Of a stretch of DNA of 60,000 nucleotides, positions 13,379-24,697 are shown piece after piece. The stretch comes from Malacoraja senta (Eukaryota), in NCBI GenBank assembly GCA_038087875.1, contig CM075988.1, positions 26,042,001 through 26,102,000 of the forward strand, read 5' to 3'. The notes beneath the pieces were generated by a model. The model saw only the letters and a program-made list of their open reading frames with translations, was not told where the DNA came from and did no database searches. The position numbers and the translations under genes were made by a program. Position 1 is the first letter of the stretch. Every line of letters begins with the position of its first letter.

Positions 13379-13467
13379 TCAAATGGAGCATGTGCCAATG
13401 CTGCAGTCCCTAGAACCGATGAACACAGCAACCTCAAATACAGAAGGACAAGATGACTTTGTTACTG
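13379..13467 (+). CDS. KMT2A: KMT2A small internal exon (poorly conserved linker)
   Basis: tttttgcctcaccAG acceptor and G|gtacgt donor. 89 nt, phase 2-1, which supplies the frame change needed to join the next exon. Confidence 0.72.
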
Positions 13468-13513
13468 GTACGTCTGAAGAATTGTTCAGAGACATGGGAA
13501 CATTGTAATGTGA

Positions 13514-13650
13514 TGGTCTGAAGAAGGGTCTCGACCTGAAACGTCACCCATTCCTTCTCTCCACAGATGCTGCCTGTCCCGCTGTGTTACTGCAGCTTTT
13601 TGTGTCTTAACATCGGTTTAAGCCAGCATCTGCAGTTCCCTCTCACACAC
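13514..13650 (+). mobile_element. Short non-autonomous Penelope-derived element with intact hammerhead core and target-site duplication
   Basis: ggt-CTGAAGA-agggtctcgacct-GAAAC-GTC-acc followed by the conserved tail. Flanked by the direct repeat TGTAATGTGA (13504-13513 and 13651-13660). Confidence 0.8.
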
Positions 13651-13844
13651 TGTAATGTGAGCACCTGGACTGACAAGGTCTGAGCTCCAGAGTCTTCAGA
13701 TTTCAGCTTAATTCATTCAGAGGGGAAATGTTGCAATAGCCAGGTGCTTCCTGTATTAGTTGGCTGCAATGCTGAAGAAGGCCATCAAGTGAAAACACGA
13801 GGCAACTTGCATTATTTCTAATAATCTTTGTTCTTTTCCCCCAG

Positions 13845-14012
13845 AATCTAAAAGTTCGGATGACGATGACACCTTCACTTCTCCTCTTCTTGCTCTGCTT
13901 GAGCAGGAGGAAAAGAGAAGAGAGATCAGGAGTGAGAAGAAATCAAAAAAAGGCCTGCTGTTTCAAATCACAAGCGATGATGGCTTTCAAATCCAGTGTG
14001 ATAACATTGAAG
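13845..14012 (+). CDS. KMT2A: KMT2A exon, start of FYRC domain
   Basis: ttcttttcccccAG acceptor and G|gtagag donor. Encodes FTSPLLALLEQEEKRR...KKSKKGLLFQITSDDGFQIQCDNIE. Confidence 0.93.
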
Positions 14013-14771
14013 GTAGAGTTAGTTTACTGACTATGCATGGGTGGAATGAGGGCCTTGATGCCAGAGGTTTGGTGAAGAGAATATTTTCATTTCCTGCAAA
14101 ATAAAATGAGTGCAGTGTTGCATTTGTAATTCTTCGCTTCTTTTGGAATCACAATCACAATTATGCTATAAGAGTTGGCAAAGAAATTGCATTTGCAAGT
14201 GCTCCTGATAATTAGTACAAACTAACATTATACATTTTCTGGGACTATATATATCAGATAATCCTAATCACAATAATTGAATGGTTGTTCATTTTGATTA
14301 CTAGTTTGGTAATAATAGCTCAATTGAAGAGTAAATTACAAACCATTTAAGAAAGTCGACCTGCATTCTGTAATCAATTATCCAGTGGCAAATATTGTTG
14401 AGGTGTTGCTGTTGCTTATTGACTGCTGATTTATCTTTGTATCCTTCAATATAGCATGTATACTGTAGGGCACATTAGAACACCCCGAGATCATAAACTG
14501 ACAATATCAATCCAAGTCATCTTTTATTTTAAACAATGACGGTGTAGTGACCTTTTGGGTTTCCACTGCGGGGGGGGTGGGGGGGGGGGGGGGGGGGGGG
14601 TAAAGTATGATCCAAATTTTCTGAGAGTACAATATTGATGGAATTTGTTGTCGTCTATTGTGGAATTATGGATTTGTCTAATTAGTTGGAAACGGAATTT
14701 TGTTGAGGTGATTGAAAAGAACGATTGGACCAACTTGTTTTGCTTCTCACTGTTGTACATTTTCTTTGTAG

Positions 14772-14846
14772 AAGGGTGGAAGGTGTTGACGGAGAAAGTA
14801 CAGGAAGCTCGAACCAATGCCCGGCTGAAGCACATATCATTTTCTG
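14772..14846 (+). CDS. KMT2A: KMT2A exon, FYRC domain
   Basis: 75 nt. Encodes GWKVLTEKVQEARTNARLKHISFS. tttgtAG acceptor and G|gtaagc donor. Confidence 0.95.
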
Positions 14847-15190
14847 GTAAGCAGCATTTACTGTAACGGGAATTCCCTTTAAAAAAAATTATATTATACT
14901 TAAATACAGGTAAACCTGCCCCCGCAGAGCAGAAACATTAACAAATGCAGTCCCATTCTTCTTTTAAAAAAAAAATGTTAGCCCATCTACCATGAATTCC
15001 ACTTCCTGATGTGGTACGATCTTGGTGCGCTTGTATCCAAAGATCCAAAGATACAAGCACACCAAGAATGTGCCACGCCAGGAGGCATAACATTGGGGGA
15101 AGAGGCAAGACACTTTGTATCATGGAGTTCCCAAGTGTTACAGGCTCCAAGACCTATTATGCTCGTCCATTCCTTGGCTGGAGAATATTC

Positions 15191-15661
15191 AATAGACAAT
15201 AGGTGCAGGAGTAGGCCATTTGGCCCTTCGAGCCAGCACAGCCATTCAATGTGATCATGGTTGATCATCCACAATCAGTACCCCGTTCCTGCCTTCTCAC
15301 TATATCCCTTGACTCCGCTATCTTTAAGAGCTCTATCTAACTCTCTCTTGAAAGCACCCAGAAAACCGGCCTCCACTGCCCTCAGAGGCAGAGAATTCCA
15401 CAGACTGACAACCCTCTATGTGAAAAAGTATTTCTTCATCTCCGTTCTAAATGGTTTACCCCTTATTCTTAAACTGTGGCCCCTGGTTCTTTACTCCCCC
15501 AACATCGGGAACATGTTTCCTGCCTCTAGCGGGTCCAAACCCTTAATAATCTTATATGTTTCAATAAGATCCCCTCTCATTCTTATAAATTCCAGAGTAT
15601 ACGAGCCCAGCCGCTCCATTCTATCAACATATGACAGTCCCACCATCCTGGGAATTAACCT
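15191..15661 (-). mobile_element. CR1-type LINE 3' fragment (ORF2 C-terminus and 3' UTR)
   Basis: The minus strand encodes GLSYVDRMERLGSYTLEFIRMRGDLIETYKIIKGLD, a CR1 ORF2 C-terminal motif, followed by the gaagggccaaatggcctactcctgcacct tail. Confidence 0.9.
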
Positions 15662-16505
15662 TATTCTTGCCATGGGAGAAGCTCATTTTCAATATAGGTG
15701 AACATTAGGGTTTTAAAGAGCACTGTCCCAATAGCCAACTTTGTTAAAGACTGTTCTTATGGTTTAAACACCATTCATAGTGCTACTGGTGGGAATTTTT
15801 TACATTAATTATATTTACTCTTCACTATTTAAATCTCGGGTGACTTTTTAAAGGGTTTTCACTATACTTGTTTGGCATTTAGCTATGTGGATGACTTGTT
15901 ACCTCACTGATGGAGAGACCTGTTCCTTCTGATGTTATTTGTTGATCCTGGACAAAACAACATGTAATTTAACTCCTAGAGCTTGTTCTAGCACTCTGCT
16001 TGATCCTGTATCTGAATTCCACCTTGTCACTGTGGTTCTGTTATATTAATCTCAGTTTTAAGATTTTCAATGACCACTCACCACCACCACCCCCCCCCCA
16101 CCCCCCCCCCCCCAATTGCAAATCCAGTCCTAATACTTGTTTCAGAGAGAGATTTTCTTATTTTTGCAGTTATGTACAGAAATGTTTCCTGGTATCAATC
16201 AGTGAAGGCCTAGCTATAACTAAGGTTATGTCTCGTTATTCTGCTCTCCCACACACAAAAAAATTCTCTCCACCTACATTATCATTTCCATTGATTATCT
16301 GGGAGAACTTGATAAAATCACCACTTAATCTTCTGTAATCAATCAGAATGCTTTTCAGTCATAATACAGCCATGATCTTTGTTGATATTCTCTCATTACA
16401 ATGGAATTGGCGCAGTAGGATTAGACAGATTGAATTGCTCTTTAGACCGTCGGCTCTTAGTGCTGTCCAAATGCAAATCAAAAACGTTGTGATGCCAGGC
16501 TCAGT

Positions 16506-16783
16506 GGGCGGCACGGTGGCACAGCGGTAGCATTGATGCCTCACAGCGCCAGACACCCAGGTTCGATCCTGACTCCGGGTGCTGTCTGTATGGAGTTTAT
16601 ACATTCTCCCTGTGACTGTGGGTTTTCTCCCACATTCCAAAGATGTGCAAGGTTGTATGTTAATTGGCTTCTGTAAAAAGCCCCTAGTGTGTAGGATGCA
16701 AAAAGTAGGATAACATAGAACAAGTGTGCGGGTGATGGATGGCCAGTGGGCCGAAGGACCCGTATACACACACTATCTCTAAA
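16506..16783 (+). mobile_element. tRNA-derived SINE (V-SINE, HE1-like)
   Basis: A-box-like TGGCACAGCGG, B box GGTTCGATCC, central gtatggagttt..attctccc domain and 3' gggccgaagg tail shared with the CR1 fragments. Confidence 0.82.
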
Positions 16784-16838
16784 CAGAAGGCTGGTTTTAG
16801 GCATGTACTAGCTTATGCTTTTGCTTTTCCATTTGCAG

Positions 16839-17013
16839 GGATAAATGGCCTGAAAATGCTGGGCATTTCTCACGATGCGGTGGTGTTCCTAATTGAACAG
16901 CTTTATGGAGCAAAACGTTGCAAGAATTACAGCTTCAAGTTCCACAAACACCAAGAAGTAGACGAGCTCCCTATCAATCCACATGGTTCAGCACGAGCCG
17001 AGATACACCAAAG
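16839..17013 (+). CDS. KMT2A: KMT2A exon, end of FYRC and WDR5-interaction (Win) motif
   Basis: 175 nt. Encodes INGLKMLGISHDAVVFLIEQLYGAKRC...PINPHGSARAEIHQR, with Win motif GSARAE at 16985-17002. Confidence 0.97.
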
Positions 17014-18356
17014 GTAAAACTATGGCCAAACGTTATATTTCAGCTGCTTGCCCATTGTTGCAGTAGACTTGTTACAGATAGCAAGATGACTACACATTGC
17101 ATTTGAGCTTAAAGGCATTAAATATAGCATGTTGGTGACAAGGACTTTTTTCTAAAGTATTTTACTGAATGCATTTTAAACAGTTGTTTACTTTCCAAAC
17201 TTTTGCTTCTCCATTTTTTTTTGTCAAAAGAAGGATGCCCATGGCAACCACCAATTTGGTCCACGTTGCCAGTTATTGGTGTTTGAATTTGCCTGCAGGT
17301 TTTGCAAGTGATGGTCTCAAGCATTGATCAGATGCAGATTTTATAAAACAGTACATGTGGACTGTACATCTACTTCCAGTAGAAGTATGAAATATGCTGG
17401 CTGAATCAGCCAGGAGTCAGGATGGCTTGGATTGATTAAAGAGGTTCCACAGAATCTCAGCAGCAAGCCCCGAGGAATGGGGTGGTGCAGAATATTCATG
17501 CATGCATGTGCCCTCTGCTGTTTGTCTGCATCCTCTATTCCCCTTTCAGTCCCCAGGATCCTGATAGCCAAGCATGTCCTATCTGCTGATGATTCTTGGA
17601 AGGTCGTGTAACAACAAATGCTTGGTATTTTTAAACCCTTGGAGGATATTCAGAATAAACGGGAACAATTTAGGTGAAGTCCTGAGAAACAAAAAGGTCT
17701 CAAAGTCTCTACAATGTGCTTCAAGGCTATTCTTCAAACCTGGAGCAAAAGCAACAATTTACAGAAATGTATCTTACAGTACTAGAAGCTGTAAATGCTG
17801 GAATCTGGAGGAAAAATAAGCTTCTGCAGGAATTCTGTGGGTCAGACAGTATCTGTGGAGGCGAGGAGGCAGAGAGATGGCGGATGTTATGGTTTGCGAT
17901 CGTACATCAGGATTTCAGTCCAGGCGCAGGGTCTCAAATCTGAAACGTCCACAATCTCTCTGCCTCCATAGATGATGCCTGACCTTCCAGCTGTTCTTTC
18001 TCTGCTACCTTAAAGTAGTATTCAGTAACAATGTGCATTTCCTCAATCAGCTTCTTTGAGACGGTGTTCAAATGCCAGTTGCCTTTATACCACAGTTCTC
18101 CAACAAGCACAATGTCCAATCTAAGCAGCAATCAATCACTTTATGATCCTCCAGGTCAAAGTGCAAACTTTAATTCACTCGTGGAATCTTACACTAAATG
18201 CTCTGCCATTTTGCCTCAAAGCCCTATTTTGGTCAACAAGGCAGCTCTTTGGCATTTAAACAACAAAAGCAGCGCCTATGTTTGGCCAAAAAAGGGAGGA
18301 GTTGTGTGGAAATTGCATCAAAGAGATTCACCATTTGCTTTGTTTTATTTGTACAG

Positions 18357-18464
18357 GAAGTCAGCATTTGACATGTTCAATTTCTTGGCTTCAAAACATC
18401 GTCAGCCGCCTGATTATTGTCCCAACGAGGAAGAGGAGGAGGAGGTGCAGCTTAAATCAGCTCG
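18357..18464 (+). CDS. KMT2A: KMT2A exon, pre-SET region
   Basis: 108 nt. Encodes KSAFDMFNFLASKHRQPPDYCPNEEEEEEVQLKSAR. Canonical AG/GT sites. Confidence 0.97.
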
Positions 18465-19329
18465 GTGGGTACTTTCACACACTGCCTTCCACACACAAAA
18501 AACTAGAACTTGTGTGTGTTCTTCACAGATAGGGAAGGTACAAAATAAACAGGGAAAGAAATACTGGGCAAGTTGGGTGGATTCTTTGGAGGATGGAAAA
18601 ATTGCCATTTTTAAGTTTGTCCTTTGTGCAAGATAACATATGCACGCAGACAACAGTCAGGCCCATCAGCATCGAGTTGATACATTCACAGTTTGGTATT
18701 AAATATTCCTTAGGCATTTTTTAAAAGATTTCAACATAATTTGGACATTTATTAAAGAACAATGGCGATGTGATTTATTCACGTGGGTGCACCTAATTAC
18801 CACAGCAAGTTATTTGTTTGACAGGTGAGTTGACACAGTTTGCTTCTGCCTCGGAGACTATTTATTCAATATGCTGGTACCCTAGCAACGAATATAAGTG
18901 TAGAATGTGGTAATTGGCATAATGATGAGCTATGCAGGGACCTTTGCATAAATAAACAGCTACTTTCTTCATAGAAAGAATAATGGCATTAAAGTTATAC
19001 GTTTGAAGTCCAAGTACGAATGCTAGATGTGTTGGCATTAATCTTACAGCAGTAGTAATAGTTTATCTTTAACATGTACCTAAAATATGCTGGTCAAAAA
19101 CATTGCTTATAATATGCTTAATTCACAAATTGGGTACTTATTTAAAACAAAATGTATAGTATTTCAGAAATTAAATTGTAGGTAAGGTTATAAGTTTGAA
19201 ATGGGTGGGAAATTAAGGTGATTATACCTTTCCTTCTGTCCATGGTTCTCCAATAAATATTTCTGTGTGTTGTACGTTGTATGAATCATGTCTTATTTTG
19301 GGCTGATGTCACTCTCTTTGACCTTGTAG

Positions 19330-19413
19330 ACGGGCAACCAGCATGGACCTCCCTATGGCCATGCGATTCCGGCACTTGAAAAAGACATCAAAAGAAGCAG
19401 TTGGTGTCTACCG
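19330..19413 (+). CDS. KMT2A: KMT2A exon, pre-SET/SET-N
   Basis: 84 nt. Encodes RATSMDLPMAMRFRHLKKTSKEAVGVYR. ccttgtAG acceptor and CG|gtaagg donor. Confidence 0.97.
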
Positions 19414-19675
19414 GTAAGGAAAAAATATATTTCTGCACAATGCCCCCAGGTTACAGTAGAGTTATAAGCCATTAATAAGGGAGTGATTTTTGTTATGTTA
19501 ATGTTACTTCTCAGTATTTTAAGTTGTTGTGTTTCCGGATTGCTATCCTGCTGAATAAAATTACCCTTGATCGCAGTGGAGATCACTCTAAAGTGCACAA
19601 CAAAGAAAAAACAATTTCATGCATTTTGGTCTTAATTAAACTTTCAATGAACATTTCAAACTCTGGACAACAGGT

Positions 19676-20417
19676 TACAATACAATACCGTTTATTGTCA
19701 TTTGAACCTCAAATGAAGTTCAAACAAAACTTGGTTTCTGCAGTCATACAACAAGAGAAAAAAAACCAAGACACACAATTAACACAATTTACACAAACAT
19801 CCATCACAGTGAATCTCCTCCTCACTGTGATGGAAGGCAAAGTCATTGTCTCTCCCCTGTTTTCCATTCTTCTCCCGATGTTAAAGCCCCTGGCGGGCGA
19901 TGGCAAGTCCCGCGGCCGTTAAGGCCGAGCCGGGCGATGTAAGGCCCCGCTTTCAACCCCGCAACTCGGGCGGGAGTAGCTGCCGTTGCGGGAGCTCCGA
20001 AAAGCGGTCTCCCACCAGGGACCCGCGAGTTCCCGATGTCACCGTCCACCGGGCCTGCGGCTGGAGCCTCCGAAGCTCCGAAGCCGGGACGCAGCTGCGC
20101 GCCACCACAGCTCTCCACGCTCCGAAGCCAGCCAGCCCCACGATGGTGAGTCCGCAGGCTCCGCGACTGGAGCCCCCAGGTTGTTCTGGTTGGAGGCCGC
20201 TTCACGGTGCTAGGCCCCAACGACAACGGAGACCCGACAGGGAAAAGGTCGGGTCACCCGTACAGGGAAGAGATTTAAAAGTTCCCCCCGCCCCCCACAT
20301 ATACACAGCTAAAAACAATATATAAACTACAACCAAACTATACACTCAACAGGACAAAAACTTTTTTTTAAGACAGACGGACTGCAGATGCAGCTGCCGC
20401 GAGGCGCCGCCATCTTT
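19676..20417 (-). mobile_element. CpG-rich non-coding (non-autonomous) retroelement
   Basis: The minus strand starts AAAGATGGCGGC (YY1-like) and ends TGACAATAAACGG(TATTG)n. Its GC/CpG-rich body stands out in an AT-rich intron. Confidence 0.65.
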
Positions 20418-23400
20418 AAATTATTCAGTAGCCCTAAAATAATCTCATTCCCTGCAGAACTACAACTTTGAGGCTACAGCCTCTAATTACAAATTCTATG
20501 AAAACTTAAAAGCTGCAATAACCAACAACATCTGAATGGATTCAGTTGGTCAAATGATATGCTGCATTTGTACAATGATCCGCATTAGCTAAGTGTCTTT
20601 TGATGCTATCTGTAGAATCAATTGTTATAAGAATGCTATTTTTAAAACTAATTGCCAGTTTTTTCACATTATATCCTGATGTCATCTTTCTAGATGAAAA
20701 TTGTTATGGTTTCCTTTTGGAGGATCTTATTTTGGTTGGTTATTTTGATCTTTAGACATTTGTTAGTATATGACGAGTCTATTGAAGTTGGAATTCATTT
20801 CTTGACAATTAACAAATATTTATATCTTATCTTCGGTCTGTTCTTAAACTGACTGAAAGAGATAAAAATTACAAGATCATCAACTTTTAAAGTCCCCTCC
20901 GAAAAAAAGGAGTTACAAGAATTAAGAAAGAAACCTGCTTAAAAGATGCCAAAGTCTATCATTTTGTTTCCATTCAGAGGCTACCTGGGGTTATTGTATA
21001 ACAAGTTTCCATCCCCAACCACCTGGAAATCTCTAATTTAGGGAACACTAACTTCACAGCACCTCATATTCCACTTGGGTAGCTTACAGCCCAATGGTTT
21101 GAACATTGAATTCTCCAATTTAGGTAAATCTTTGTTTCTGCTAGCTTCTAAAACCAGGAATGAGGCTTCCCAGATCAGTCAGCAAGTAGTGTGGAACTGA
21201 AGTCATTGAGATGTAAACAGTTTCAGATACCTGCCCCCATCTGCACTGTCATGACAAATTTTAATAAAAATAATAAAACGTATTATCAGATGAAATGGCA
21301 CTGAAATACAAGGGAAAAGATTCCCTGTAAATTGAGGACTGACTGATGAATGCTACCTTAATTAATTAATTTAAAAGCAATCCTACATAGAAAATTGTGA
21401 AAGGTTTTCTTCTGATGAATATAGGAACATGCAATCATATTAAAAAGGTGGTTCGTGGGGCTAGCCGAGAGTGGGGGGGGAAATAACATTGCATTTATAA
21501 AATAAAGCAACAAAAATCCTCTTAACAGTACAGGAGTATCTGAGATGCTAAAAATACTATAGTAGTTGCAGCTCTGTGTGCGTCAATATCTCGTATGCTT
21601 CCTCCTTGCACATTTACTAAGGAAGTAGTGAACAGGATGTACTTGAATCAATTGCTGATGTAACTCACCTGCAAATCAAGAGATGTGCCCTAACAGGACC
21701 TGACCATTCAGAAATCGTGGATGCAGTACATCTCAAACATAAGCAGAATATGGCAGAAAAATTCAATAAGACAGGCCACATCATCGAGTGAGAGTTAATA
21801 TCTCAGAACAATGATCTTTCATTAGAAAACTCCTGATTTACCTCTTGATCTATCTTTAAAATGCCCTTTAAAATAATGAAATTGATAATTAAGAACAAAC
21901 AAGATGATAGTTGCCATAGTAAAGAGCAAACGGTGTTGGATTTAAGTTCTATTCAGTCAGCATGATGGACATAATTTGACAGAGTATTCTAAGGAGAATC
22001 GGGACGTGATTGACTTGGACTTCCAAACAATAAAGTCCCACAATTGAGGAATTTACTTGTCAGAACTTTGACGATGTAGGATAAAGGTCGGCGATAGCAA
22101 AATCTTTTGTGTGGTGTCAGTGAAATGGAGTACTAATGGTCTGGATTCAAAGATTCAATACAACGTGGCAACATTAGCACGTTCTCAAACCTAACGTATG
22201 CATGATTCTGAAGTACTGACTTGGGAAATATAAAATAATTTGTACCAGGTGAAATTTAATGCGATGAATATGAATATAAAATATTGTTTCTGGAAAGAGA
22301 AGATAGAAAATGTGCAAACTTTAGGAATTGTGTTAAAATTATTTTAAGTTGAAAGAAATCAGGATATGGTTTGACTGGATGCTCAACAATTCAGTAACAA
22401 TGATCAAAATAAAGGAGATTGCTGAATTATTCAATTAATACAGTAACGTACAAGTCAGATGAGATATTTCACGAGAGATGCAAGGAACTGCAGATGCTGC
22501 AATCTTAAGTAAACCACAAAGTGCTGAAGTAACTCAGCGGGTCAGGCAGCATCTGAGGAGGGAATCAATAGGGGACGTTTTTGGATTGGGACCATTCTTC
22601 AGACCCTTGTTTTGCAAACTGAATTATGCACTAGGCAGACCTCACCACGAGAGTTATGCCCAGTTCCGGTCACAACACAAAGGAGACATTGTGCACTCGA
22701 TGCAGTTCAGAGAAGAACCACAAGGCTGATCACTTGTGTTAGATGTATGAGAAAACAAAATGGGTACATTTGGACTTCTTGCCGTTGGAAAGTGAAGAAG
22801 AAGGTGATCTTATAGAGGAACATGCAACTCAGTGAATGATCTGGAATATTGTGAGAACACAGAACTAAGTTCAACAAACAAAAGACAGGTTGAGAAGTGA
22901 TGTAAGGAAACAAAATTAGATCACGTGACAATAATTTAACTAAAGTGTAAAGCCTGGAAACAAATGTTTGATTTTCCAGTTGAGGAGATACGTTTTTCTT
23001 GACAGTTGAAGCTGAACGTGCTGCATGAGCTACCTCAAGTGTAAATATTTTATATTCTTCACACAAAGCAATTAGCTTCAATGTCACTGAGCTAAGGAGA
23101 GAAAAGGTAACCATGTCCCTGAGTAGATTGTGTGTGTGTGTGTGATGAAGACTAGATTGGTATAATCTTTGCTAGAACAAAAACTGAATAGCCTGGCAAA
23201 ATTCACTGTTAACACTGAGACACGTGAATGGTATTCAGGCATGATAGCTGAGTATACCTGAGCATAAGGATGAATATTCTAGTTTGAGATAGTGCCATCA
23301 AGATATGTCATGAATCAGCTATCTTATGATTTTTCCAACACGTCATTCCTCTTAAGAATAGATGCATGTTATATGGGATTGTTCAGTTGGTTGGGTGTTA

Positions 23401-23902
23401 TTGATTCTTTTGAGCCTTTCAAAATTTTCTTTAGCTTTCATTCTAACCACAAAATGAATGAATTCCATGCTTTTTATTTGTAAAGGAATTAATTTTGTTT
23501 GTTGAAGCACTTATTTCTAGGTCAGTGGTCTTGATGTGAACGAGATCTACATGCTTAAGACAATAGTTGCAATGAAACAACTCAATTTTCACACACTTTC
23601 TCTTGGATCTTGAGATAATCAAGTTAGTGATTTGGGAAACGTGGTTGGGGGTTAGGAAAGTAGGTAGGGAAATGAAATTATTCAGTTGCTTTGTATGCTA
23701 TTAGTAACTGATGTAGTGTTTGAGTAAAACTGATTATCCAACCAAGCAAGTTAATTGTATTAATAAAACAGCAGAAAAATGAATGTGTTACAAGACAGCA
23801 TGATATTGAGAATAAGAGCTCATGATCTCATGAATTTGATGTTCATAATAACTGATTTTCCTTTTTTTCCTTCTTCTCTTTCCATGTTTCTAAATGCTGT
23901 AG

Positions 23903-24032
23903 GTCACCAATCCATGGACGGGGCCTTTTCTGTAAGCGAAACATTGATGCAGGTGAGATGGTCATCGAATATTCGGGTAATGTCATTCGATCTGTCCTCA
24001 CAGACAAACGAGAGAAATATTATGACAGCAAG
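23903..24032 (+). CDS. KMT2A: KMT2A exon, SET domain
   Basis: 130 nt. Encodes SPIHGRGLFCKRNIDAGEMVIEYSGNVIRSVLTDKREKYYDSK. AAG|gtgagt donor. Confidence 0.98.
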
Positions 24033-24415
24033 GTGAGTTTCTGGTGCAGGTTTATGGTAGATTTTAACCCCAGGTGCGGGGATAGCCATCGTGGGAATCA
24101 CTGATGTTGTGTCTCCGCCATTTAATGAATCCTTTCTGAAATAGCGCTATCTTTATGGCATCAGCGAGCAACATACCAGCTTCCATGTGACATATGCAGC
24201 TGACCTGCTTGCATTATTAACTCGCACAACTTTGCAGTTTATTTTTGCCTGTGTTTTTGCCCATTGTGCATTCATTATTCATGCTGTTGAATAGTTGGAG
24301 TGTGGATTCTTCACCAAACTGGTTTTGGAACTGATAGTGCATTTTGAAACTGAGCTGCTGTGAAGAGGTGGCTCTTCACATTGCCATGGGGTTCCTACTG
24401 TTACACACTTGAGTA

Positions 24416-24697
24416 CAGTGCCCTCCATAATGTTTGGGACAAAGACCCATCATTTATTTATTTACCTCTGTACTCCACAATTTGAGATTTGTAATAGAAA
24501 AAAATCACATGTGGTTAAAGTGCACATTGTCAGATTTTATTAAAGGCATTTTTATACATTTTGGTTTCACCATGTAGAAATTACAGCAGTGTTTATACAT
24601 AGTCCCCCCATTTTTCTATTACAAATCTCAAATTGTGGAGTACAGAGGCAAATAAATAAATGATGGGTCTTTGTCCCAAACTTTATGGAGGGCTCTG
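24416..24697. mobile_element. Tc1/mariner-type MITE (internally deleted)
   Basis: ~85-90-bp TIRs (CAGTGCCCTCCATAATGTTTGGGACAAAGACCCATCATTTATTTATTT...) flanked by TA on both sides. No transposase. Confidence 0.93.

Noticed and set aside
14570..14600. Long G/C homopolymer runs (also ~4425, 4586, 16090, 37404, 55765) as functional G-quadruplexes
   Set aside because: Scattered simple homopolymers of unreliable assembled length, with no supporting context.
16506..16580. tRNA gene suggested by A and B boxes (GGTTCGATCC)
   Set aside because: There is no complete cloverleaf; these are SINE heads continuing into SINE body sequence in multiple copies.
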